DNA from: Psammoneis japonica
Lineage: Eukaryota
Reading direction: 5' to 3'
Length of the DNA stretch: 64,000 bases
Assembly: GCA_008632985.1 (NCBI GenBank)
Contig: QPGO01000048.1
Coordinates: 248,001 to 312,000 of the forward strand
The translations under genes and the position numbers were made by a program. Below are positions 16,517-28,000 of the stretch, one piece after another. The stretch's first letter is position 1; the number at the start of each line of letters is the position of its first letter. Under the pieces are notes generated by a model, which saw nothing but the letters and a program-made list of their open reading frames with translations, had not been told where the DNA came from and ran no database searches.

Positions 16517-17065
16517 TGAGGCTACGACTAGCACAATGTGCAAAATAGACTATTACAAACTGAATACTTTGTATTTAAATATATAGTTAATGTCTGAATG
16601 ATTGGTATGTAAAATGACTGCACATGACTCCTGCTGTAGAATTTGTACCAGTCTACGTATTTATTGCTCTACGAACTGAAGCCCTATAGAAATGTCTGGT
16701 GTTAAGTAAATTCAAATGTCGGAGCCGCCAAAATGGACCGAAACGCCGGCCACGTCTTTTAATAAAACATACGAACTTGTTTATTGATTATGAAGCAGTC
16801 GGAGTTGAAAAAGTAATATCAAAATTTGAGTCTTAATTTGAATAGGAAACATTTAAAAAATCTTCTAATTGTGTTACAAGTATCGATTTTTGACTACAAA
16901 TTGTATGGGTTACATCTGTAAAAATGCCCTAATTATTTGCTAAAAGCCGTTATCGTTAAATATCGATGTACAAAAAATGCGATACGGATGTTCGGGACGT
17001 TTTTTACAGTTCACATTGTGCTAGTCGTAACTCCATAGAGCTAGAGTAGTAGAGAGTAGAAGGGC

Positions 17066-17373
17066 AGATACTACGAATTGCAAGACAATTGCGCGATTCA
17101 CGTGCCCGAAGGGTGATTGTTGAAATTCGAGCTTCGCGCACGTAAAGCCTGTAGAAAATGTACCAGCCAGCCCGAAGCTCCGATTTTCGTAGATCACGTA
17201 GGAGAGTACCACAAGGTCATTTGATGAAATGACTGGGACCAAAATGAAAATTTTGATACCACATCATACGTAGAATTGACATCTGCGCGAAGGGAGAATG
17301 TTGCTTCGGGCAACGATATTCCACCTTCGGGCACGTGAATCGCGCAATTGTCTTGCAATTTGTAGTATTTCTG
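17066..17373. mobile_element. MITE-like element with 37-bp perfect inverted repeat
   Basis: 17076-17112 aattgcaagacaattgcgcgattcacgtgcccgaagg is the exact reverse complement of 17324-17360; imperfect extension outward; no convincing ORF inside. Confidence 0.55.
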
Positions 17374-17941
17374 ACCATCACCGCACCGAGACACATTGTC
17401 CGGACGACACACTGACGGAATTGAATTCTTAAAAATAATATTCGCGAATGAATGAAATTATTCAACTTACGTGATGACATCACCAATTGACGAATGTTAT
17501 AGCGAGAAACATCATATTAAATTACTGTATGTAGAATTATACACAGCCTCATATAGGACAAGCCGGCCAGATGTTTGTCAAGCTTGTTCTTTAGCGAACC
17601 CCTACCTTCTCAATATCGTCCGCTTTTAAGATCGGTATATCAGCGTCATCTTCAATGTCACGTTTCTAACTTCCGGCACTTTTGACTATCCATGTAAAGT
17701 TGTAGTGGCCTGCAGTACTATCCTACGTGTCACGGCAACTTGAAGTTTTCATCCTCTTCTTCCGGTTCGAGCATGGGAGGAAGAAGGAAAAACTGAAAAC
17801 CACGTCGTGATTGCATTCTCGTTGTCATCAGCACTTGTGCGGCAGCAACAACGACAAAAGAACAACAAGAACAAGAACGATATCATTGGCACTGTGGAAG
17901 AGATGATATCGACGATAAACAGTGAACCAAACCAATTTTGA

Positions 17942-19252
17942 ATGCCTGTCATGCCATCGAAAATGCTGACTGCAGAAAAGCGCGGTTGCGTTTGCGCTCC
18001 ACAGGACTGCACGGTAGGAAAGCCCTTTTATGATGACAACATCAGCGAGAGCGATACCCCGTCGACCCACGACGATGATGATAGCGAAATGTCTGATCTT
18101 ACAGAGGAATTTATGGAGGAATTGAAACTCTGGAACAGCCATGTAGTGCGGCCAGAAGCGAGGATGAATCCTCTTCATGAGCAGCACATGTGGGCCTATG
18201 AAACAAGCGCAAGTATTACTCCTTTTCAGCACGCTGAATCTGCTACAAAGGCTCTTGATAGAGCCCGGATCGATACCAACTTTGATCTGACGACGCACGC
18301 TGACAATACAGAAGCCCGTGGGCACGAACTTGAAGCCGGAGAAAATCGGCAACGTGGAGATCAGCATAATAAGCTTGATGAGAACCCCAATCGTGCTATT
18401 CGTGCTTCCACTCCCGTTCGTGACTCGACGACTCGCCGGACAATGACAACGAAGAACGAGCGGCGGGCGGCTTTTGATTCTTTAATGGGTCGCAGGGGAA
18501 CAAAGAGCAGTTCTTCATGGCCGCGTCGGCATTCTTCTGCTCCATCGTCCCCAGTAATGCCACGAGTAGGCGATGATTGTCTCTTGCCTGACTTTCAGTT
18601 GCTTGACGGGGGGCTCCCCGCACGACCATCGTCGGCACCTGTGTCGCCCATGTTTCGTTCCTTGAGATCACCAAATGATGCCCCCCCTCCGCATATGCTT
18701 TTGGATGCGCTGCAAAGTGTTGAAGAACCGTCTCCGCCGGTGAGCACGTTGGTTATGGAAGCAAATCCTCAACCACAAAGGCCTCGAAAGGTCAAAGCGT
18801 CTGTAAGTTTTGGATATGTCCATGTACGCTCATACGAAGTCATCTTGGGAGATAATCCGTCTTGTGTCAGCGGACCAAGCCTTTCCCTTGGATGGAGGTA
18901 CAACATCAGCAACAAGCACGTCTCGGTCGATGACTACGAAGCGGAGCAGACCGCTCTACGATCAAAGCTCGTGCCATTATTGTCCCGCAGATATCGGGAG
19001 GACTTTCTCTTGGGTATTGGTTACAGTCAATCGGAAATTGCGAGCGCCGTACGGGAATCGAACAGGATCAGGAGCCGCCGTCGACAAACAATTACAAACT
19101 TGTACGCTGCCAGAGCCGAAGAGGTGGCGGAAGGGACCAAACGTTGGGTCAAGCGTACTTTAAAATTGGGAGACAAAAAGAAACCCAAGTCCTCCACGGC
19201 GAGAATAACGGGGAAGCAACGACAACAACAGAGTTTTGAGAAGAGCAAATAG
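17942..19252 (+). CDS. Hypothetical protein, low-complexity N-terminus, with VSF..V.VR.YE..LGDNP...GP.LSLGW motif common in diatom proteins
   Basis: 436-aa ORF; the motif resembles an RVxF-containing/CSRNP-like domain. Confidence 0.7.
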   Translation: MPVMPSKMLTAEKRGCVCAPQDCTVGKPFYDDNISESDTPSTHDDDDSEMSDLTEEFMEELKLWNSHVVRPEARMNPLHEQHMWAYETSASITPFQHAESATKALDRARIDTNFDLTTHADNTEARGHELEAGENRQRGDQHNKLDENPNRAIRASTPVRDSTTRRTMTTKNERRAAFDSLMGRRGTKSSSSWPRRHSSAPSSPVMPRVGDDCLLPDFQLLDGGLPARPSSAPVSPMFRSLRSPNDAPPPHMLLDALQSVEEPSPPVSTLVMEANPQPQRPRKVKASVSFGYVHVRSYEVILGDNPSCVSGPSLSLGWRYNISNKHVSVDDYEAEQTALRSKLVPLLSRRYREDFLLGIGYSQSEIASAVRESNRIRSRRRQTITNLYAARAEEVAEGTKRWVKRTLKLGDKKKPKSSTARITGKQRQQQSFEKSK

Positions 19253-19465
19253 CATTCTTTGGGCGAGCGTCTTTCAACAAGGCTACAACGATAGACGACG
19301 CCATTTTCCGTGGGACAGTTTTCAGTTTGGATTCATGCACGGCACGTCTCATCAAGAAAAGAATACTAGCTACTACTCCCCCTCTAGCTAGAGAGAGGGT
19401 AGAGACGTGTGCAACCCACACAATGTACAGCAATTTTTGAGAATACATAAGCCAGTTTTGATATT

Positions 19466-20581
19466 CTAGTTTCTAATCATTGATTGAAATGTTTGTCGTA
19501 CGATTGCTTGCTTGTGCTTCATCAACAAATCATGGTCGAGCAAGGTCCAAGTAAACTGGATAGGCCGCGAACCAGCAACATGAGAATGATACGCCAAACG
19601 ACCCAAGCATACATAAGGACCATGTGTGCGTTTCTCGTCGTCGTATTGACGACACCATAGAACAATACCGTCCGTGGCTGGTAGTTGTCCGTCTTTTGCG
19701 AGCTGTCCAACACGTAGCAAACGAAGAATGACATTTGACTCGTCATGCATGCGACTTCCACCAAACCATGTCATCTGTAACAACGAGCCACAAGAAGAAG
19801 ATAGAGTACAAACTATGAGTACATCAAGGGCAGAGCAGCTTGTGTATGAGCTCGTTCCAAAAACACTTTGCCATACCTGCTGACCATCATTCATAAAGTC
19901 GTTAATTACAGTGCCCTTATCTCCCAGATTGACCCACAAAAAGAGTGCATCGTTGTTCCATTCCTGCACGCCACAATACTTGTTGAAGGACAAGCCATAG
20001 ACTTGAGATACCGCGGCTCGACGAGCACTTTCCTCAATCACATGAGCTTTTCCGGTTTGCTCCATATGTATACCCAAAAGACCCGCACATAATTCACCCA
20101 CGTCCAACTTGATGTTGCGCACAGATTTCGTAGGCACCACGATCTGACTGGTGTCGAGAGTTTTCTTATTGGATGCATGTTGTGGTTTTACTCTCTTTCG
20201 TTTTGGCTCTGGTGGATCGGGGACGACATATGTGTCGGGACGCTTCGTATGACGAGGCGATCGTCTCGTTCGAGACGGATCGATTGGTTCTGCAGGTTGT
20301 GTCAGTTTTTGCTGTACCCGCTTTGGTGGAATCGACTTTGTTTCGTGGCATCGAGGTCGAGTCAGTCCGAGCTCCCGTAACCGAGCCTCGTTTCTCGCAA
20401 TTTTAGCGGCACGAAGCGCCAAGTACGGATTCGGTTCGACTATTTCCTGACTTGACGATTCCGAACCAACCGTTTTATTACTTTTGTTGGGAATTACAAC
20501 CTCTACGTCATGCCCGGAGCTGCATGGCTGTGTGGAAAGATCTTTGGTATCTTTCTCTTCTACCACGGTTTTGAGGTTCAT
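19466..20581 (-). CDS. Hypothetical protein with DUF3427-like C-terminus; probable intron at about 19776-19876
   Basis: KIARNEARLRELGL, FNKYCGVQEW.N.ALFLWVN, TWFGGSRM, GPYVCLGRLAY...GSRPIQFTWTL. Confidence 0.7.
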   Translation of the reverse strand: MNLKTVVEEKDTKDLSTQPCSSGHDVEVVIPNKSNKTVGSESSSQEIVEPNPYLALRAAKIARNEARLRELGLTRPRCHETKSIPPKRVQQKLTQPAEPIDPSRTRRSPRHTKRPDTYVVPDPPEPKRKRVKPQHASNKKTLDTSQIVVPTKSVRNIKLDVGELCAGLLGIHMEQTGKAHVIEESARRAAVSQVYGLSFNKYCGVQEWNNDALFLWVNLGDKGTVINDFMNDGQQVWQSVFGTSSYTSCSALDVLIVCTLSSSCGSLLQMTWFGGSRMHDESNVILRLLRVGQLAKDGQLPATDGIVLWCRQYDDEKRTHGPYVCLGRLAYHSHVAGSRPIQFTWTLLDHDLLMKHKQAIVRQTFQSMIRN

Positions 20582-21012
20582 CCTGGAAAGAGATTGTTCA
20601 TAAATCCGTTGCTTGGGTCAGGAATGATTGAGACTAAGATACGAGTAGACTGCATGCAAACTCAAGATTCAACCCCCAGTTTTACCTACTTTCTTTGATT
20701 TGTCACACAGTAGTCACACAGTTAGTTTGGAGTTGTTGCGTTGAGCTGAGTGTTGTTGTGCGTGTGGATTTTACGTACGTAGGGCCCTACGCCGCCAGAC
20801 CTCAAGAATGCCAATGCTTTTTGTTGTAGAAATGTACAGGAAATATGTACCAAGAGGTGTTCGTTGGCACATGCCGTTTGTCCGTTGTTGGCCTTTGTTG
20901 GCATTCTCAACAACACTCAACACAGTCATCAACGCGAAAAGCCTCGCAACAGTAGTTCCTAGCAAAAACATATCAATACAACATCTATCTCACTTACGGT
21001 AGTGCTACAACA

Positions 21013-21603
21013 ATGACTCTCTATGATTCAATAAAATCCTGGTGGCGATCACTATGGCTAGCTCTTGGTTTGAAGGGCAAGGAAGGAACACTGCTGTTGT
21101 TAGGACTCGACAATGCCGGTAAAACAACACTCTTGTATAAACTGCGAACATACAGCAACAGCGGAAGCGGCGGTTTGGCGCTCTTTCCTCCAACGGATCG
21201 TCCCGATTTGAGTCAATCCTTTGTCGTCGAGGGAATTACATTTCGAGCATGGGACTTGGGTGGACACGAGGCGGTACGACACTTGTGGGAAGATTACGTC
21301 TGTCAGGCTAAGGCGGTCTTGTTTGTGATTGATGCGGCTGATACGGAGCGAATGGATGAAGTGGGATACGAACTGGATGGATTGATTCAACAACAAGATG
21401 TTCTAGATGATTTACCAGTTGCGCTACTGCTCAACAAGTGTGATTTAGAACAAGCCGAATCTTCAGAAAAAATTATGGAAACGATTCAATATCAAGAGCT
21501 GGCTCAACACCACGGCGAGGACAAAATGGCTCTCTTTCGAATTTCAGTATTGAAAGGACAGGGATATCAAGAAGCGTTTCGATGGGTTTCGTCGTTTTTG
21601 TAA
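21013..21603 (+). CDS. Divergent Sar1-family small GTPase
   Basis: GLDNAGKTT, DLGGH (Sar1-type His), NKCD, C-terminal GY.EAFRW. Confidence 0.85.
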   Translation: MTLYDSIKSWWRSLWLALGLKGKEGTLLLLGLDNAGKTTLLYKLRTYSNSGSGGLALFPPTDRPDLSQSFVVEGITFRAWDLGGHEAVRHLWEDYVCQAKAVLFVIDAADTERMDEVGYELDGLIQQQDVLDDLPVALLLNKCDLEQAESSEKIMETIQYQELAQHHGEDKMALFRISVLKGQGYQEAFRWVSSFL

Positions 21604-24600
21604 GCAAAGGAAATGATTATTGATGTTCTTTATGCTTTTGCTGCAGACGAGAGACATCGACTAAGAACAGTGGCTTTAGAAGATGCTCTAGCTTACCCTC
21701 AATCGCACACCAACGCAGCATGCTACGGCGAACGACGCAGTTTCATTTTTGGTACTTGTTGTGCAGTCGCTGAGTGCTTTGGCCTTTGGAGCAACTTCGA
21801 GATTTCTGGGGCGAAGCGGAAATATGTTTGCGCGCTGCCCATTTGTATATTGAACGAAGCGTACACTACGTAACCCGTACACTTTCGTCTCATTTTTGGA
21901 AATGATTGAGTGTACTATAGATGTAGGCAAGCAATCTTAGATCAACGCTTCCTTAAAGTTTGATTTTTAGTCGAAGTAGCACTTCAATGACGTGCGAGTT
22001 CTGACGGTTTCGCCGTAAGAGCACCTTGTCCTTTGAACTAGGTTCTAATCGTAAAAGGCATGGGGATGTGGATACTTATAGATTGTGAGAGTGCGTCTCA
22101 CACGCTTCGAAACAGACCTAATGAGCATCGTAGCACATTAGATTTGGATGACGGTACTCTTCCGTACCATGCAGCCACTCTCTAGAGGTTGAAAAATCCA
22201 GGTTCTTCAGCAGCTAGAGAGCAGTTGGTAGTGAAAACTGGGACACGGCTTGTAAATCTGTGTGAAGATTCACATTCCTTCTGGGAGAGGTAGAGCAGAC
22301 AAGTGCCAGCTAGAGAGTTGGTGATCAAGGTGTTTCCTTGCCTAAGAAGCAGAGCAGCGGGGCGTGAGCTGGGTGCATGAATGGAGTCTGTTCTTCGTTT
22401 CTGTGCTCTTCCCGCCACAATTTCATGCACTGGCACAAAAAGATTGTCACTCCACATGCTTCTTAATGATGCAGTGTGATGAGTTTCCAATGCATGACTC
22501 CCACATGGGACATGCCTGACAGGCTCACAATTTCCTGAACAAAGTGGTCACATGGGAACAGAATGATGGACCAAAAGTGGGCCAGTGCCAGAGTCACACC
22601 CACAGCGTGCCTGCCCACAGAGGCAAATCTCAAAAATGTGTGGGTGGTTGTCCCTCATGTTCAATGCAGTCTTCTTGTGAAGGAAAATGCAGCCAACTCA
22701 AGTGCAACTCACTTTTCCTGTCTTGATGCTCCCACAATCTGAAATGCTTGCAAACGCTTGCTCAAACTTCCTCTCAAGCCTGTGCCACATGAAGCTCTTT
22801 GCCATCTTCTCCATTGCCACCCTTGCTTTGCTTCAGCAGCTCACAATGTCTTCTTGGCAAACTTTGCTGCATGTGAGGGAAGCATCTTCATGGTGAGCAA
22901 GACCAGCACTGAGCTCAAACCACCTCTGACACCCTCCAGCACCTTGACATGACCATCAAGGATGATGCCTGCAACAAGGCTTGCACACTCCCAGCATGAC
23001 TTTGCTGCAGAGGCTGGCTGTGTCATGGGCAACCTTGGTGGTCTCCTCAGTTGCCATGCTCTCTCAATGAGAGTGGAGAGTGCAAAAAGCTTTCTGACCA
23101 AGGAGGCACAGGACAGTGTCACTCAGGTCAGCAAACAGTGCAAAACAGCACAAGCTTTGCAGCATGCCCTTTTGCCAAGCACTGCCACTCCTCAGGACCT
23201 CTCTGTGGACTTGTTGATGCAAGCACAGTCAATCCTCAAGCTCTTGTCTGGAGATTGTGTCAATGTCCTTTTAGAGACACATGGGCATCTTTTTCTCCTT
23301 TCAATGGAATTGGCAAAGCCACTTGCAAGTTGGTTGTCTTTTTTTACCACCTGCTTCCACCTCTTTTGTTTCTTGCCTCACCTTGCTGAGATTGCCCTGC
23401 TGCTCTCCATCCATTTGTTTCACAAGACTGCTGTGCACTGACATCTCTGCCCCTGTTGCAGCACTGTCACACTGATTGTGAGCATGTGATTCTTCAAATG
23501 TCAACTCATTTTGCCTGCCAGCCCTTTGTTGCATGTTGCATCTCTCACTGTCTGCATCTTGCAAAAGAAAAAGTTTTCACCTTCTTTGCTGACATGTTTT
23601 TGTCAATCTTGGGATTGTTGTAAATTGCACCCCCTTTTGTCAAGCAACAAAGAATTTTTGTGAAGCAACAGTCACTTGCTGTCACAGTTCTTTCAAAACA
23701 TTTCATGTTTCAAGGTGTCTCCATTTGACTTCAATGTTGCTTGGCATTTTCTCTGTTCTTGTGTGGAAGTTCTGTGTTGTTTTGCACTGCAAAACAGCCT
23801 GGGAGAAGAGATGCCAAGGGACAACATGCCAAAAGCATTGTTGCAGTTGTGTCATGTTTCAAGCCATTTTGTGAATGAACCACCCACAAGGCAGCCAACT
23901 TGATGATTCAACATGCTCTGGCTTGGAGGCCACAAAGTCCAACATTGTTGCTCTGCAGTGATGAGTCCACAAAAAGTGCAAGAAGATCCAATGCTCTCCT
24001 TTTGTCCTGCACATCTGGGGAGACAGAGGGAAAGAAACTGGGGTTGTTTCCCAGCCAGTCAGGAATGATCACAACAGAAAAAGCTGCCAGCAGCGGCACA
24101 CCTGGTTTTGTTTGTTGACATGTCAACAGACACCCCTGCCGATGGCTGTTTCTGGCCAGTTTGACACACTGGAAAATGCACACTGTGCAGCAAATTGTGC
24201 AGCCCTCTCAGCAGTGTGAACCTGGCATTCACCCAAGCAAAGCCATTCCTTTCATGATGGGTGCTGTGATGGGAACAGCTCAGTTCATGAGTGGCCAGCA
24301 GCAAAAGCCAAAGCATTCTTGCACAACAGCTGAAGTGCATCTGGCTGAGCTTTTTGTTGACTTGCACCCCTTTCCTTGCAACTTCCACCCATTTCCTCTC
24401 CAATTTTTGTTACAAAGAGTGCTCAAAAACCCCTGCTGAGACACTGTTGAGGCAGTTGTCCCAAACAGAGGACAGACTGCAAGCTCTCCTGGGAACATGC
24501 TGTGGTCTCTGCAGAAAGCAAAAGGTCTGCTGCTGCAACTCCCCAGAGCTTGCAATTCTCAGCAACATGCCAGGGGCACAGGTGGGAATGGCTCATCTTG

Positions 24601-25295
24601 ATGCTGCCAGAGAGTGGGCCCATTTGACTTTCATTGCAGTGGTGGGATCCCCCATGAAATGAAAAGCCACAGAGCCATCTGGGTTGCCACTTTCCCTTGC
24701 TGACACTCTTTTGCAACAAGGCAGCACATGCACTGGATCAAATGCTGCTGGGAAACAGATGTTGGTCCAAAACTTGCAATGTCCTTGCGAAGATGCTGTC
24801 TGTCAAATTCATTGAAACACTGGCCAGAGCAACATGACAGAAGACAATCAGATTCAAACAAAGGGGAGAGACACAGCATCAGAGCTGTTGCACAATTGTG
24901 AATTGCCACTTCCATTGGAGCCCCCAGACAGTGTGTTTGGATCCAATGGACAACAGGAAAAAGCTCACAGCAGCTGGTGCCCTGTGTGCTCAGATGTGGT
25001 TAGAATGTGTGTGTTTTGATGCACAAGATGTCATGTTCATGTCAAGCTCTGCTTGGACATGGGCTCTTTCAATGTGGTGCCCTTCTGTCAACTCAAAACC
25101 CATCTCCAGCCACTTGGCATTGAGGGCAACAACCAAACAACATGTGGCTTCCTCTTCATTGTCAGGGAAAGAGTCTGTCAGTTTTTCAATGGGCAGTCCA
25201 CTGGCGCACACACACACAACAGACCAAGCAACCAAGCCATGACAGCTGGCATGACATGGACAGCTTTGTCTGTGGCATCCCAAACAAAAAATGGA

Positions 25296-26540
25296 AAAAG
25301 AGAGTCTGGCTTGGTTTAATCTGCACTCTCCAGCAACTGAGCGGTGCCGGCAAGAAAATGCCAGAGTCAGTGCTGCAGCCAGCTCTTGTTGTTGCCAAGA
25401 GCAGCACTCTGACAGCATGATCACATGCTTGTCAACCAGCAGATCAGTGTGTTGCTGCCCAGTCATGCAACCACAGGTTGGAAGTGGAGGCTGGGATGGC
25501 ATCAAGAAAAGATGTCATGGGCTGCAGATGCTGAATGAGTCCACAACTTTGCCATCAGATGCCTCACCCACAGCGTGTCCAGCTGCAGCTGCCTTGGTGG
25601 GAATGTTGCATCCAAAATGGAAGTGTGAACAATGACTCTGTCAGGTTGGCAAGGCAACCGTTCTTGTGCCCACTCCAAAATCTTGCAAACTTGCTGGTTG
25701 TCAAAACTTGATCAACAAAGGGGTGTGTTGGCCCGCTCAATTGTTTGCCTTTGTGCCAACTTTTCCACTCCTGCTGGACCCCTGCCACTCCATCAGCAAT
25801 GATGGCATGTGGACATGCTGTCTGGTCTCACAGTGCATGAAAGAACTGCGTGGGTGACACCCGCTTTCCACATCTGTTTTCTCATGCCTGGTGGCTCCTT
25901 CACTGGGGAAGAAGGAACAGACATTGAAGGCTTTGGTTCACTTGCAAAATGCCACTCTTGTCCAGACAAATGAGTTTGATTGCTCCACTCTTGAAGGGTG
26001 AGCTCTTTCAAATGGAAGGAGAGAGTCTGGTTTGGGATGTCTGCACTCAGCAGTGACTGAGTGGTGCCAACAAGAAAATGTGAGAGTCAGTGTTGCTGCA
26101 GCCAGCTGTTTGTTGTTGCCAAGCAGAAAAGCACTCTGGCAGCATGATTGCATGCTTGTTCACCCCAGCAGACCACTGTGTTGCTGCCCCCAGTCATGTG
26201 ACTGATGTCTCTCCAACACAGGGATGTGAGTGGAGGCTGGGATGGCATCAAAGGATGTTGTGAGTTGCAGATGAGTCCACAGCTTGGCTGTCAGATGGCT
26301 CACCCCCAGCATGTCCAGCTGCCATGTCAACTCTGTCAGGTTGGAAAGGCACGTGTGTTCTGATGCTGCCCGCTCCAAAATCTTACAAACTTGCTGGTTG
26401 TCAAAACAACCAATCAACAGAGGAGTGTGTTGGCCAATTCAACTGTTTGCCTTTGTGCCACTTTTGCACTCCTGGACCCCTGCCACTCTGTCAGCAATGA
26501 TGGGTTGCAGACATGTCTGGTCTCACAGTGCATGGGTGAC
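25296..26540. repeat. Diverged direct repeat of about 550 bp (25296-25860 and 26019-26540), possibly LTR remnants
   Basis: Shared blocks gagagtctgg..tctgcactc..caagaaaatg..agagtcagtg, gtggaggctgggatggcatcaa, aacttgctggttgtcaaaac, ctggacccctgccactc, gtctggtctcacagtgcatg. Confidence 0.85.
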
Positions 26541-26589
26541 AAGGCACAGTCCAGGGTGCTCTTGACCAGACAATTGAGTTCAGTCTGTT

Positions 26590-28000
26590 GCTCCATTCTT
26601 GATGGGAGCTCTTGGCATCTCCCTGCCAATTCTTGGAATTTAAAACCTTGGGTGACCACTTGGAGTCTTTTCTTAAACCTGGCTTTGTCAAACAGCTGGG
26701 GCAGGTTCTTGAAATCAACACTGGGTTTGTTGCAAAGAAATTCTTCATCCAAGACTGACACATGCCATCAGAGTCAGGATCATCACCTGAGACTTCCATT
26801 CTGTCAGCCATCAGACAAGGACAGTTGGCGCCATCTTCTGAATTTCTGGCAAAAGAGAAAAACCAACCCCCCACAGAGTTTTGGGCAGGAGATGGCAACC
26901 AAAAAGGATCTCCAGCAAGTGCTTCATGATGCCAAGATGGAACAAACAAGGCATCTCACAGGGCAAAGATCCAAACATGACACACAAACATTGCCCCCAT
27001 GACAGATGTCCAGTGCACAGGCTGGACAAGGTGCCAGGACAGTCCCCTTTTTGATTCTCTGGTGCATGTCTTTTTTCCATGTTTTCTCATTTCCACAATC
27101 TCAACTGCATCTTTAAACACATCAGAAATCTCTGGTTGGCGAACAAACTCACAAGCACATCTTTTGGAAGGGATTGTCCCTCCCAAGCCTTTGGGGGGTG
27201 TCACAGTGGTGATGAACTGCATGAGAGATGTTGGATGAGTGAGACTTGCAATGGCAGTGCATGATGTCATCATGGCCTTTGTGTCACCCATGGTCATGCA
27301 CAAGCAAAAGCACAGATGACAAATGCCTGGCTCTTTGCCAAGGTCCATTGGTGTCCCCTGCTTTGCTGAGGTGGTTGGGGCTCTCTGGCTTCAGCCAAAA
27401 CAAAATGAAGGGGAGCAGCATCTCAGCAAAACTTGAACAGCTCTCTTGCAAGTCCACTGCTTGAAAACACCCAGAATGAACCAGCTCTTGACAAGGCAAT
27501 GGAGACCATCTGGCATGTTTCTAAAAGTGCACAGAACTGGCTGGGCAATTGGCCCACCTCTGTTTGGTGGTTGCAAAGTGTTGAAACATCAAAAGCCAAA
27601 AGCAATGGTGGGAACAATGAAGTGAAGGCCTGGTGAGCAGCTCACACCCAATTCATCCAGGTCACATCACAGCTGTGAACAAGCTTCTTTCCATCAATCA
27701 CTCAAGGGTGCCACCACAAACATGATCATTTGGGCCTTCTGTGCTGTGCTGCTCTTCATGCAGCCACATGGCATCCTTCTGAAACTTTGTTGGATCCTGA
27801 AAAAGATGACAGGAATTGTGAAACAGTGGAAACCAGGCACATGTGTGGGAGGGAACTCAGGGCTCAGCAGCAAGCACAGTTCCTCTTCAACAAGAAGTGA
27901 GCCAGCACAAGGAAGACACTTCTTCTTCACTTGGCTCATGGCAGTTGTGTGTGATGGAATCTTTGCAAAGTCACAATTTCTCTGGGGTGCACAATGACAG
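26590..28000 (-). pseudogene. Possible Ty1/copia pol (RT/RNase H) remnant
   Basis: Weak frame-broken resemblance in the expected order: THVPGFHCFTIPV (cf. QVPG.DF.ETF.PV), LLLVHDH (cf. LLVYVDD), EVSGDDPDS..KNSVGGWFF (cf. Y.D.D...S.SG..F). Confidence 0.35.
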
